Positions 24,072-41,707 of a stretch of 64,000 nucleotides of DNA are shown here, one piece after another. The notes under the pieces were generated by a model, which saw only the letters and a list, made by a program, of their open reading frames with translations, was not told where the DNA came from and ran no database searches. This DNA is from the human T2T-CHM13v2.0 reference genome, Homo sapiens, in NCBI RefSeq assembly GCF_009914755.1, contig NC_060944.1; one strand, given 5' to 3'. Position numbers and translations under genes: made by a program. Numbering within the stretch: the first letter of the stretch is position 1; the number at the start of each line of letters is the position of its first letter.

Positions 24072-25654
24072 GTTGGAGGTGCTCTTGCTTTGTGTGTTTC
24101 AGCTGGTCTTCAGGCGCAGCTATCTGTAAGATGCTCCTGCAGTATAGTTCTATGTCTTTCTGCACAGATTCAGTGGATCCTGTGATTTTTTTACATGGAA
24201 TAGCCCCTTTATTTTTTGCAGAGAAGCTAGACAATTCACAGTAACCTATGGCCTAGTACATTTTATTTCTTGATCAACACAACTCTTTATAGATGCTTGT
24301 GGTCCAAAAATGCAGATTCCTAATCATCCCCACGAATAAGGGGGCCATTGCAAGGCAACCTAGGAGGGAGTTTAGGATTGCTCTGAGGCAGTGAAATCTA
24401 TTGAAATTCCCACATGAGGGGGCAGGAAAGGGAATCCACGTGTTTTGATCCCTCCATGTTCTGGGTGTAACTTGGTCCTCGTTAAATTGCACCATTTTTG
24501 GCATCAGAGAGAACCGGATTTGAATCCCAGTTCCATCCCTCATTATGATTTGATGGTGAATGTGTTTTTAACTCGTCTGAGGCTCAGTCTGCTGATCTAT
24601 AAAAGATGTGATTGTTACGAGGCTTCCATAACGTACATGTGTAAAAATCATGGCAAAATGCTTGTAATTTAAAAGACAGGTTTGTCAGGAGACTTCTATC
24701 AGGTAAGTATGTAAAAACCTGGACACAATGCCTATAATTTTGTAAGTGTTCAATATATGGAGAAGGAGGATTATTTTTATTTCACTTAATTTTTAGAGCA
24801 ACTTTATAAAATTGGTGATACTCATATATTTGAGATAATCAAACCAAGGATCAGAAAGACTAAATAAATCAGCATAGTCACAAAGTGGTTCACAATACAT
24901 TTACTGGATAATTTCTAGTTAAAAGTAGCAATGATGATCACATTGAAAATCTTGTATTTTCTGGTGGTTTTCTCTTACATAAGCTTCTTGGAATTTAGTA
25001 AGATAAGTTGCAGCTCAAAAAGCAGATCCGTCGAATATTTTGTTCCAGAGATTGTAGTGGGGGCCCAAGTATTGCATGTGTTTTGTTGGGAACAAGGTGT
25101 AGGCTGAGAATCTAAGCAAACTTCAGTTGGTGGTTTTCAGTTGGTGGGCAGTGGCAGAAGGAGGAGGAGTTCCGTCTGTGCTCTCTCTTCCCCCAGTCAC
25201 AGCCCTCAGGCTTGTTGTATCCAGGCTCTTCTTAGTTAAACCAGACAGGTTGACAGGTTTATTTAACATTTAGCAGACAAGTCAGCTCAGGGTAGGCGGG
25301 TGAGGTGGGGTGTGGGCTGCTAGTACAGTGCCGCCCTTTGACCCAGGGCTGCCCGTGCCCATGGGGCTATTCCACATATTATATATTATATATATACATA
25401 ATATTTTTATATTTATGTATATAAGCCTGTTGGTTTGTTAAAACCATGGATTCTAAGTTGCTCTGTCAACGTGATCATTAGAAAAATGTGATGTACTTAG
25501 TGTGTAAATTTTAGAACATTTCTTCTGTTAGTCTTGTTAATACTCAATTCTTTTCTAAAACACCTAGCGCAAATCTCCATAGGTTTTAATCGAATTATAT
25601 TATAATTTGGATTTTCTGGTCTGCCTATCTTCCAAATAATAAAGTTCTTAAAAT

Positions 25655-26131
25655 TGATTTTCTATTGCTGCCATAACAAATTACCACAACTTTGTGGCTT
25701 AAATCAAAGACTTATGACCCTATAGTTCTTTAGGGCAAACCGCTGACTGTGGTCTTACTGGGCTTAAGTCAAGCTGTTGTCAGGGCTGTATTGCTTTCTG
25801 GAGGCTCTAGAGAGAATCCATTTACTTTTCCAACTTTTAGATGCTGTCCCTATTCCTTGGATCATGGGACCATCCCTCCATCTTTGAAGCCAGTAATGTG
25901 GGATGTCTGTGACCATTGTTCTGTAGTCATATCACATTCTGACTGTAGCTAGGAAAGATTCTCTGATTTTATAGACGCATGCAATTAGATTGGCCCCCAA
26001 GATAATCAAGGATAATCCCCCTAACTCAAGGTTAATCACATCTCCAAAGTCCCTTTTGCCCAATGTAAAGTAATATGGTCACAGATTCCAGGGACCAGAC
26101 ATCTTTATGGGGTCATTATTTTGACTGTCAC
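25655..26131 (-). mobile_element. MLT1 solo LTR
   Basis: tctattgctgccataacaaattaccacaac...gattagattggccccc...ggtcacagattccaggg. Confidence 0.75.
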
Positions 26132-26453
26132 AAAGGCAAAGTCTTGTACTTATGCATATCTAGATTTTCTTTGCTTAATTTCAGAGCCTAGAACACATTA
26201 GACTCTAAATAAATGTGAATGAGTGATAAATATTATATTTACAGATTGCTGCCACATTACAATTCTGTCCTCTCACTGGTGGTGGAATCATATGTACTTT
26301 TTACCATCTCCACTTTGCATTCATACTGAACATGGCTATGTTATTCCTTTCACCTGGGTAATTTGAAACCATCTCTCCATTTCTATTTGTAGAGATCTTA
26401 TCTAACAAGCCCTTCTCAAATGCCACTTCAAAAAACTTTTTCTAATCCCCAAT

Positions 26454-26841
26454 TGTCTTAGTCAATTTATGCTCTTACAACAAAATAACACAGACTAGGC
26501 AATTTATGAAAACCAGACGTTTATCTGTCATAGTTCTGGAGACTAGGAAGTCCAAGATCAAGGCGTTGGCAGGTCTGATGTCTGATAAGGGCTGTTCTCT
26601 CCGTTCAAGATGGTGTCTTGATGCTGCATCTTCCAGAGACAAGGAACACTGTGTCCTCACATGGTGGAAGGCAGGAGAGCAAGAGGGATGAACTCCCTCC
26701 ATGGAGCCCTTTCATGAGGGCTCCTAAACCCATTCCTGAGGTAGGAGTCCTGATGGCCTCATCACTTCCTGTAGGCTCCATCTCAACACTATCAAATTGT
26801 CAATGCTGAATCTCGGAGGAGGCACAGTGAAATCACAGCAC
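26454..26841 (-). mobile_element. MaLR solo LTR (MSTC/MSTD-like)
   Basis: tgtcttagtcaattt...gttctggagactaggaagtccaagatcaagg. Confidence 0.75.
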
Positions 26842-26949
26842 CAATCAAGTATGATCTTTCTGTCCTCAGAAACCCCCTCATATGTTTAGACCTCCCATGC
26901 ACTTTTATACATTTTGTCTCATGGTTTCTTCCTGTACAAATAAGGTGCT

Positions 26950-27490
26950 GTAAATGGATAGCTATAGTTTTGGGTTTCATTTCAACAAAACCCCCTTCCT
27001 AGTTTTTTGAACCCCAAGCGAAATATGAGGACAGGCCCTACCTTCCATTACAAAAGCTGAAAGGGAATGCATGATCCTTTTTCCAGTTTCTTGGCCACCC
27101 ACGTGTGGGCACATATCTAGGCCCAGCCAACTGATGTCTCTTTATTAGAACTTGGAACCCGATGAAATGATGCAAAAGACCTGAAAGAATCAGAGATGAT
27201 TCTGAGAAATTGAGCAGAGATGCAGGTCCAGGAATGTGGCAGCAAGTGCCTAGGTTCAGCAGAGCCCAGCTACATGGTGACAAGTGTCAAATGACAACAT
27301 CCTAGTGGTGGCATCCCAAGATCTCCTTCCGTTGAATGAACTTGGCTGTGCTGAGTTTCCCTCAGTTCTTACCTTGCTTCTTCAGCATCTTCAATGATTT
27401 TGTGAACTATTCAATATCCTTTCATTGAATTCCTGTTTTGCTTAAGTTGTCTAGAATTTGTTATTTTCAGTGAAAAATATAAACCAATTA
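26950..27490 (+). mobile_element. Old ERVL LTR (LTR33/LTR16-like)
   Basis: 3' portion aatatccttttcattgaattcctgttttgcttaagttg. Confidence 0.4.
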
Positions 27491-28299
27491 TGCCCTCACA
27501 TTAAAACACACTCCACTTAGGCATCTCCTGTGATCTCACTGGAGAAAAGTGTGGACGTTATTTGTAATTTGACTCAGAATGATAGGATTATTTTGGTACT
27601 AGTAACAGTGGAGATAAGTAACTAACTTTTTGTGAAACTTCTTCCTGGGGTGAAACAAAAACTATTGTGGAAACTCTTTCCAATCATCTCTGGAAATTTA
27701 TTAAGTGACCTAGTATATAATGATAATTTACCATGATATTTGATAAAATAGTTTTGTGTGTTCAGAATAATTTCTTTTTTCTTTACCTTTGAAAATAATG
27801 CGTTGATAGTTAATTTTCTCCTAAATTGTCTGTTTTTATTTCCATAAAAGGTATTTATTGAATGTCTCCTTACTTTTAATATAACTAGGCATTGTGTGAT
27901 CAAAACAAAATAAATATGTTCTTGTTTCTGGAATTATTGAAGCTTTGAAAATGGACTTATCGACCTCAAACCAATGGGACATATTCCTATGTGGCCTTCT
28001 GCCCTGTTAGGTTTCCCAGGGTAAGTGGTGATTCCTTTTCTGTCTTTTTAAAGATTTTAGAAATGCAGCTTCTGCTGTGGGCCACTAGGTGGAGTACTTC
28101 AGAGCAGGGTTTGTGGGAGTACAAAGCTAACTGCTGCTTTTGCTTGATGCTTCTGCAGCTCCCTTGACTACTGTGGATGATAAGTAACCATTTTCTTCCT
28201 CTTCTTTCTTTTTTCCCCTCACTCTTTGGAGTGAACTTGAAACATTTAGGAAGTTTATTGATCAACATATACCGTGTTTATGAAAATCCGGCTAAGATA

Positions 28300-28720
28300 A
28301 TATGGTAGGACTCCTTTGGTTATAAATAATAGAATTCAAACTCAAACTGGTCTAAGCCAAAACATATATATTAATTTGTGGACTCGTATAATGGAAAAAT
28401 CCAGGGTATAGCTTCAGAATGGCTGAACGTAGGGACTCAGGACTTGGCTCCTCTCCTCTTCCTTGCTTTTTTCTTCCCCATTGATTTTATTCTCAGACAA
28501 GGTTTCCTTTGGTGCTGTAATGTGGCCATCATCACTCCTCCAGTTTACATTTCCTTAGTTCCATAGCCCCAGAATAAAGCAAAAACAGAAACACTTCTAA
28601 TAGTTTCAATAAGAGACTGGAGATTGACTTTGGGTGTGAGGCTTGGATTTCATGTCCATCTCTAATTTCATCTGTGCCAGGATTAGAAGTCTATTCATTG
28701 GCCAGGCCTGTGTCACGAGC
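28300..28720 (-). mobile_element. Old MLT1 (J/K-like) LTR fragment
   Basis: ggactcctttggtt...aactcaaactggtctaagc...gattggccagg-type motifs. Confidence 0.5.
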
Positions 28721-31700
28721 TCATACAGGGTTTCCACTGTCCACACAGTTTCTTTGCAAGTATTAGAAAATGGCTCCCCTTTCTCCAGTTAGATGCAGCC
28801 CTGTATCGGGGCATGTGGCTTGGAGAAGAGCGTGCAGGCTGGATTTCAACCCCCCTTTCTCCCTTAGCTGGGTTTCTTCCTTGAGTGAACAACATACTTG
28901 TTAGTAACTGTCCTGTTCTTATTCCTGAAACTGGGGGTGAAATCAGCACCAACGCCAAAACTGAAGGACAGAAGGTGGCTTCATCTAGGGTATCAGATAA
29001 TGGCTAATAACAAAGGGAGGGGACAGTGGGTGCCGTGTGGGCAAAAGGAACAAAAAATAATCCTAACTTGTCTAGACTTCATCTCAGAAGCCATATGCAA
29101 CCTTCTTCAATGGAAATATTTAACACTTCAGGAGTGCAAAGAAGGCTATAAGGAGCATATCTCTTAAGGACCTAAGTTAGGACATTCTAGAATGTATGCT
29201 TTATGGATTTACCTTATAAATATATAACATTAACTAATACACACAGAAAATATATTTCAGAGTAACATAGATGACAGAACTTGAAATACGTGACATTCTA
29301 CCGCAGTCTATCATTATTTTCTAACTTATCAAAAGACTCAGAGGATCTTTTTTTGTATTGATAAATTTCTAACCAGAGCCCTATTTACTCATGTCTTGAA
29401 CAACAGAGTATTTGCAAATATGTCTGAAGAGGGAAGAGAAAGAAAGTGATTACAAAAAAGCTGATAACATTAAGACAGCTTTTTATAGAAGATGTAAATT
29501 TGCAACCACAAATTAAAAACTTATAGGAGATGCACAAAATGTGAAGAAAAATAAATGAAACCAAACCACTACAAGAAATAACCAAACTAAGAAGACAGCA
29601 AGAGAGGAAAAAAAAAAAAAAAAAGAACTGCAAAACATATGAAAAACAATTAACAAAATGCAAGTTACTCCTTACCTATCAACAATGACTTTAAATGTGA
29701 AAGGATTAAACTATCTAATTAAAAGACATAGAGTGGCACAATGCATAAAAGATACTCATCAGTACATATTTATAAGGGAGTCACTTTAGATATAAAGATA
29801 CATAAAGGCTCAAAGTGAAGGGATGGGAAAAGATACTCTATGCAAATGGTAACCAAAAAAGAGCAAGGGAATCTATACTTAGATCAGAAAAATTAGACTT
29901 GAAATCAAAAACTGTCACTAGAGACTAAGAAGGTCATTATATAATGATAAAAGTTCACTTCAATGGGAAGGTTGTAAATATATATCCACCCAACATTAGA
30001 ACACCTAAATATACAAAGTTAATATCAACAAAGCTAAGGGGAGAAATCAGTAACACTAAAATAATAGTAGGCAACTTCAGTACCCCAAATTCAATAATGG
30101 ATAGAACATCTAGGCAGGAATAAAAAAAGAGGAAACAGCTGACTTGAACAGCACATTAGATTAAGCACTGATATATACAGAACTTTCCATCCAACAGCAG
30201 CAGAATATACATTCTTCTCAAGTGAACACAGAATATTCTCTGAGATAGATCAAATCTTAGGTCACAAGGCATCCTACAAATTTAAGAAGTTTGATATAAT
30301 GCCAAGTATCTTCTCAGACCACAATGGAATAAAATTTGAAGTCAAAAACAAAGAAAACAGAAACATTTACAAAAATGCAGAAACTAAACTACACACTCTT
30401 GAACAACCATTGGGTAAAAGAAGATATCAAAAGGGAATTTTAAAAATATCTTGAGACAAACAAAAATGAACATACAACTCAACAAAACTTACAGGATGCA
30501 GCAAAAAAGTGCTAAGAGGAAAACGTTACAGTGATAAATACCTACATTAAAAAATAAGAAAGATCTCACTCGAACAACCTAACTTTGCAAATAAACAATT
30601 AGAAAAAGAAAAACTAACTAAACCCAAAGTTAGCATAATGAAGTAAATAATAAAGATTAGAATATAAATAAAATAACTATAAAATAAAAAACAATAGAAA
30701 AATCAAGAAAACTAGAGTTGAATTTTTGGAAATACAAACAAAAATAACAAACCCTTAGCTACACTAAGAAAAAAAGAGAAACTCAAGTAAATATAATCAG
30801 AAATGAAAATGGAGACATTATAACAAATGTACAGAATACAAATGATTATAAAGGAAAATTAAGCAATTATATGCCAATAAATTGGATAACCTAGAAGAAA
30901 TGGATAAATTCTTAGAAAGATGCAATCTACCACGGTGGAACAAAAAAGAAATAGAACAGACCAAAAGCAAGCATAGAGATTTAATCAGTAATCAAAAATT
31001 TCCCAACAAAGAAAAGCCCAGGTGCAGACGCTTTCATGGGCAACTTCTACCAAACATTCAAAGAAGAACTAACACCAAAAATTCTTAAACTCTTCAGAAA
31101 AAATAGAAGAGAGAATACTCTCAAACTCATTTCATGAGGCCGATGTTACCATGACTTAAAAGCTAGACGAAGACAACACAATAAAAAATAATTACAGACC
31201 AGTATCCTTAATGAATATAGATGCAAAAATTCTCAATAAAATACAAACTAGCAAACTGAATTCAAAAGCACATTGAAAAGGTCATACACCATGACCAATT
31301 GGAATTTATCTATGCGGTACAAGGATGTTTCAATGTGTAAAAATTAAAATGTGATATACCACATTAACAGAATGAAAGACAAAAATAACATTCCAATAGA
31401 TGCAGAAAACACATTTGACAAAATTCAATATACTTTCATGATAAAACTCTCAACAAAATAAGTATACAAGAAACTTACCTCAACACTATAAAGGCTGTAT
31501 ATGAAAAACCTATATCTAATATTATAATCAATGGGGAAAAACTGAAAGCTTTTTCTTTAATATCTGGAACAAGACAGGGATGTCTACTCTCATCACTCCT
31601 ATTCAACATAGTACTGGAAGTCCTAGCCAGAGCAATCAGGCAAGAGAAAAAAAAAGGCATCAAAATTGAAAGGAAGGATATAGTTACCTCTGTTAACAGA

Positions 31701-31761
31701 AGACATGATTATTATACATTAAAAACTCTAAAGACTCCACAGAAAATGGTTAGAAATAATG

Positions 31762-31985
31762 CAGTCAGTCTTTCATATCTGCTGGGGATTTGTTTCAGGA
31801 CCCCCTCAGATAACAAAATCTGTGATGATCAACTCCCTCACATAAAATCGTGTACAGTTGGCCCTATGTATCCATGGGTCCACATCTGTGGATTCAAACA
31901 ACCACAGATGGAAAATATGTACAAGTTAGGTTCATGGTTGATTGAGTTAATGGTTGCAGAACCCATTGATATGAAGGACTGACTA
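31762..31985. mobile_element. MER2B-like Tigger MITE
   Basis: Terminal inverted repeats cagtcagtctttcatatc and gatatgaaggactgacta; internal ttcaggaccccc and ggattcaaacaacc. Confidence 0.75.
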
Positions 31986-33278
31986 TATAATAAATATACT
32001 AAAGTTGTAGGATACATAATTGACATACAAAAATCATTGCTATTTCTAAACACTAACAATGCATTGTCTGAAAGGGAAATTTAAAAAATAGTGTCAAATA
32101 AACTACTTTGGAACTAAGTGACCGAAGAAGTGAAAGACTTAAACACTACAAATTATGAAAGATTGATGACAGAAATTTAAACCAAAGTAAATTGAAAGAC
32201 AACCCATGGATTGAAAGAGTTAGTATTGTATTATTAAAGTGTCCATATTACTCAAAGCAATCTACACATTTAATGTAATCCATATCAAAATTCCAATGGT
32301 ACTCACAGAAATAGAAAAAAAAATCCTAAAATTCATATAGAATCACAAAAATCCCTGAGTGGCTGAAGGTATTTTGAGCAAGAACAAAGCTACAGGTATC
32401 ACACTTCCTGACTTCAAATTAAATTACAAAGCTGTAGAAAGAAAAACACTGTGGTACTGGCATAAAAACAGACACATAAACCAGTGAAACAAAATAGAGA
32501 ACCTAGGCATAACCCACACATTTGCAGCAATTGATCACCCTGGAAGGTGACAAGGAGAGACTATAGGCAGAGGATATGCTCTTGAACAAATGGTGTTAGG
32601 AAAGCTGGATGTCTACATGTAAAAGAATGAAATCGGATCCCTAGCTCACGCCTTATGTAAAAATTAACTCAAAATGGATTAAACGTTTAAATGTAATCAC
32701 TGAAACCACAAAACTCCTGGAAGAAGACAGGAGAAAACCTTCTTGACATTGGTCTTGGCAATAATTTGTTTAGATATGATGCCAAAAGCACAGGCAACAA
32801 AGGAAAAATAGATAAATGAATTACATCGAACTAAAAAGCTTCTGCACAGCAAAGAAAACAACTAATGAAATGATAAGGCCACCTATGAAATGGGGAAAAT
32901 GTCTGCAAACCATATCTCTTATAAGGAGTTCAAAAAATAAGAAGGACACACACACATCCATTCCAAAATTATAAATAACCTAATTTTATTTTAAGGCAAA
33001 GAACCTAAATAAATACATCTCAAAAGAAGAAATTCAAATGGCTAACAGGTATAAGAAAATGTGCTCAACATCTCTAAACTTCAGAGTAATGCAAATCAAA
33101 ACCACAATGAGCTATCATGTCACACCTGTTAAAATGGCTATTATCAAAAAGAGAAGAGATAAGTGTTGGTAAGAATGTGGAGAAAAGGAAACTATTACAC
33201 ACTATTGATGGGAATGCAAATTAGTAAAACATAGAAAACAGTATCGAGTTTCCTCCAAAAAAAATGGAAAATAGCACT

Positions 33279-33562
33279 GGCCTGGTGTAATGGCTCACAC
33301 CTGTAATCCCAGGATTTTGGGAAGCCAAGGCAGGAGGCCAGGAGCTCCAGACCAGCCTAGGTAACATAGCAAGACCCCATCTCAGAAAAAAAATTAAAAT
33401 TAGCCAGACATGGTGTTGTACACCTGTAGTCCCAGCTACTCAGGAGGCTGAGGTAGGAGGATTGCTTGAGCCCAGGAGTTCAAGGCTGCAATGAGCTATT
33501 ATCTTGCCACTGGACTTTACCCTGGATGACAGAGTGAGACCCGGTTTCAAAAATAAAAAAAA
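33279..33562 (+). mobile_element. AluJ
   Basis: ggaggattgcttgagcccaggagttcaaggctgcaatgagc. Confidence 0.9.
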
Positions 33563-35069
33563 GAACTACCACATAATCCAACAATTTCACTTCTGGATAT
33601 ATGTCCAGTGAAATTGACATAAGAGTCTTAGAGAGGTGTCTGTCATCCCCTGTTCATTGCAGCACGACACACAATGACCAAAATATGAAAATAACCTAAA
33701 TGTCCTTTGGCAGAGGAACAGATGAATGGGTAAAGAAAATGTGACATGTATACATAAAATGAAATATTATACAACCTTAAAAAAGAAGGAAATCCTTCTA
33801 TTTGTGAAAACATGGATGGAGCTGGAAGATATTGCACCAAGCAAAAATGCAAGACACAGAGACAACTACTTCAAGTTTTCACTTACATGTGGAATCTACA
33901 AGAGTCAAATTCTTAAAAACAGAGAACAGGACAGTGTTTGCCAGGGGCTCAGGGAGGGGAAATGGGGTGATGTTAATTAAATTGTGCAATGTTCAAGTTA
34001 TAATAATTTCTGGAGATATAATGTACAACATGGAACAACACTGTATTGTATTCTTGTGTTCTGCTAAAGGACTAGATCATAAATTAATTACTGTCAACAC
34101 ACACCCAATGGTAAATATGTAGAGATAATATGCTAATTTGCTTGATTGTGGTGATCCTTTCAAAAAGTATAGAATGGGGGGAGGAGCCAAGATGGCCAAA
34201 TAAGAACAGCTCCGGTCTACAGCTCCCAGCGTGAGCGACGCAGAAGACGGGTGATTTCTGCATTTCCATCTGAGGTACTGGGTTCATCTCACTAAGGAGT
34301 GCCAGACAGTGGGTGCGTGCACCGTGCGTGAGCGGAAGCAGGGCGAGGCATTGCCTCACTCAGGAAGCACAAGGGTCAGGGAGTTCCCTTTCCTAGTTAA
34401 AGAAAGGGGTGACTGAGGGCACCTGGAAAATACGGTGACTCCCACCCTAATACTGCGCTTTTCCGACGGACTTAAAAAACGGCACACCACGAGATTATAT
34501 CCCACACCTGGCTTGGAGGGTCCTACGCCCACAGAGTCTCACTGATTGCTAGCACAGCAGTCTGAGATCAAACTGCAAGGCAGCAGCGAGGCTGGGGGAG
34601 GGGCGCCCACCATGGCCCAGGCTTGCTTAGGTAAACAAAGCAGCCGGGGAACTCGAACAGGGTGGAGCCCACCACAGCTCAAGGAGGCCTGCCTGCCTCT
34701 GTAGGCTCCACCTCTGGGGGCAGGGGACAGACAAACAAAAAGACAGCAGTAACCTCTGCAGACTTAAATATCCCTGTCTGACAGCTTTGAAGAGAACAGT
34801 GGTTCTCCCAGCACACAGCTGGAGATCTGAGAATGGGCAGACTGCCTCCTCAAGTGGGTCCCTGACCCCTGACCCCCAAGCAGCTTAACTGGGAGGCAGC
34901 CCCAGCAGGGGCACACTGACACCTCACACGGCAGGGTACTCCAACATACCTGAAGCTGAGGGTCCTGTCTGTTAGAAGGAAAACTAACAAACAGAAAGGA
35001 CATCCACACCAAAAACCCATCGGTACATCACCATCATAAAAGACCAAAAGTAGATATAAAACCACAAAG

Positions 35070-36089
35070 ATGGGGAAAAAACAGAACAGAAAAACTGGAA
35101 ACTCTAAAAAGCAGAGCACCTCTCCTCCTGCAAAGGAATGCAGTTCCTCACCAGCAACAGAACAAAGGTGGATGGAGAATGATTCTGATGAGCGGAGAGA
35201 AGAAGGCTTCAGACGATCAAATTACTCTGAGCTACGGGAGGACATTCAAACCAAAGGCAAAGAAGTTGAAAACTTTGAAAAAAAATTTAGAAGAATGTAT
35301 AACTAGAATAATCAATACAGAAGGAAGTGCTTAAAGGAGCTGAAGGAGCTGAAAACCAAGGCTCAAGAACTACCTGAAGAATGCAGAAGCCTCAGGAGCT
35401 GATGTGATCATCTGAAAGAAAGGGTATCAGCAATGGAAGATGAAATGAATGAAATGAAGTGAGAAGGGAAGTTTAGAGAAAAAAGAATAAAAAGAAATGA
35501 GCAAAGCCTCCAAGAAATATGGGACTATGTGAAAAGACCAAACCTACGTCTGATTGGTGTACCTGAAAGTGATGGGGAGAATGGGACCAAGTTGGAAAAC
35601 ACTCTGCAGGATATTATCCAGGAGAACTTCCCCAATCTAGCAAGGCAGGCCAACGTTCAGATTCAGGAAATACAGAGAATGCCACAAAGATACTCCTCGA
35701 GAAGAGCAACTCCAAGACACATAATTGTCAGATTCACCAAAGTTGAAATGAAGGAAAAAATGTTAACGGCAGCCAGAGAGAAAGGTCGGGTTACCCTCAA
35801 AGGGAAGCCCATCAGACTAACAGCAGATCTTTAGGCAGAAACCCTACAAGCCAGAGGAGAGTGGGGGCCAATATTCAACAATCTTAAAGAAAAGAATTTT
35901 CAACCCAGAATTTCATATCCAGCCAAACTAAGCTTCATAAGTGAAGGAGAAATAAAATCCTTTACAGACAAGCAAATGCTGAGAGATTTTGTCACCACCA
36001 GGCCTGCCCTAAAAGAGCTCCCGAAGGAAGCACTAAACATGGAAAGGAACAACCGGTACCAGCTGCTGCAAAATCATGCCAAAATGTAA
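35070..36089 (+). pseudogene. L1 ORF1, disrupted
   Basis: MGKKQNRKTGNSK start. Frameshift in the A-run near 35280, stops near 35400 and 35832, C-terminal gccaaaatgtaa. Confidence 0.93.
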
Positions 36090-36137
36090 AGACCATCGAG
36101 ACTAGGAAGAAACTGCTTCAACTAATGAGTAAAATAA

Positions 36138-39982
<3,845 letters not shown>

Positions 39983-40469
39983 TGAGATCACATGGACACA
40001 GGAAGGGGAACATCACACTCTGTGGACTGTTGTGGGGTGGGGGGAGGGGGGAGGGATAGCATTGGGAGATATACCTAATGCTAGATGATGAGTTAGTGGG
40101 TGCAGCGCACCAGCATGGCACATGTATACATATGTAACTAACCTGCACAATGTGCGCATGTACCCTAAAACTTAAAGTATAATTAAAAAAAGAAAAAGAA
40201 AAACAAAATCCCCAAAAGTATAGAAATATCAAAACATTAAGTTACCTTAAATTTATACAATTTGTATATGTCATGTTATCATGATACAGCTGTTAAGAAA
40301 GGTTTAGTAAATCATGTCTACAACCTGGGAAGTTTCTCATTACAGGGAGGGCTGGAGTAGGAAAATGGAATTTTGCAAAAAGGATAGGGTGAGGGACATG
40401 GAAAATGATTGATCAAGTATTTAAGAAATGACCTGGGTGGAAGCTACATCAGAGGTTATGAGCTTTAGC

Positions 40470-40915
40470 ACATCAGTCCTCAAACTTGTTGGTTTCAGGA
40501 ACACTTAACATTTTTAAAAGTTATTGAGGACCTCAAAGAGCTTTTATTTATTTGGATTATGTCTATCTATATTTATCATATTAAACATTAAAACTGAGAA
40601 ATTTAAAAAAAATATACTTATATGTTTATGTAAATCACATTTTTACTTAAAATTATCATTTTTAAGCAGTAAAGTTGGTGAGAACAGTGACATTGTTTTA
40701 TATTTTTAGGTATGTCTTTAATGTCTGGTTTAATAGAAGAAAACTTGGTTCTCCTTTCTGCTTCTATGTTTAATTTCTTGTGACATCCCGTGTCAGGTAG
40801 CCTCTGGGAAACTCCAGTTATACTTGTGAGAGAATGAAAGTGGAAAATGTAAACAAAACCTGTGTATTTTTATGAAAAGACTTTTGAATTTGCAGAGCCC
40901 CTGGAAGGGACTCAG
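40470..40915. mobile_element. hAT-Charlie DNA transposon fragment
   Basis: ttattgaggacctcaaagagcttttattt...attaaaactgagaaatttaaaa. Confidence 0.6.
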
Positions 40916-41340
40916 GGGCTTCTCGGGGTTCTCTGGCTCATGTCTTCACAGAGTAGAGGGTAAGTCCGCAAGAGAAAGCAGTGATTGGCTGTGGGAGTTC
41001 TTGCTGAGAGGTGGTAGAGAAGAGATTGGATGTGGAGAAAGTATGGTCGTTGTTTTCATTTCTTTTCCCTGTCCTTTGTCCTCTTGTTGCTGGGATTTCC
41101 TCTTTAGATGATCGTATTATAAATTAGAAATTAATGAACATTCTTGATATTGCCTAATGAAAGTTTTTGTTTTGTCTTCCTGAGTCTTGATACATTTCAA
41201 GAAGTCTTCTATCTCATTTATTTTTCCCACCCAAATTTGGAATTTAGGAAGAGTTGATATAGCTATATTTAGATGATTTATCTCCCTGAAGACATTTTGG
41301 GATCATTTATAAATCTCTATAAACAATGCTCTGATGTCCC

Positions 41341-41645
41341 TTTATTTTCTTTAGAGACTGGGTCTTGCCGTGTTGTCTGGAGTGGAGTGGCTCGAGCGTA
41401 GCTCACAATACACAATACAATCAAACTCCTGGGCTCAAAGTGATCCTTCCACTCAGCCTCCACAGTAGCTAGGTCTGCAGGTGTATGCCAGCACGCCTAG
41501 CTTTTGATTACTATTATTATTTTTGTAGAAATGGGGGTTTCATTATGCTGCCCAGGCTGGCCTTCCAACTCCTGGCCTCAAGCGATCCTCCCGCCTTCCG
41601 CCGTCTGAGGAGCTGAGATTACAGGTGTAAGCCACCATGCTAGTC
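41341..41645 (-). mobile_element. AluJ
   Basis: Reverse Alu dimer. Confidence 0.85.
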
Positions 41646-41707
41646 CTGATGTCATTTAAATACAAACATGATACTATATTCCTTGTAGAAAGTGCTACAT
41701 AAATATA

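Larger units (their letters stand above)
21647..25580. repeat. Local direct duplication: copy 1 about 21647-22680, copy 2 about 24198-25580 (copy 2 carries a ~430-bp insert)
   Basis: gcagagaagctagacaattcacagtaac, cttgatcaacacaactctttatagatgc, cattatgatttgatggtgaatgtgtttttaactcgtctgag and aaagtagcaatgatgatcacattgaaaatc each occur twice, colinearly. Roughly 85% identity by eye. Confidence 0.93.

Noticed and set aside
34539-34613. L1 antisense ORF0
   Set aside because: It starts MVGAPPPASLLPCSLISDCCASNQ but hits TGA at codon 25, so it is truncated.
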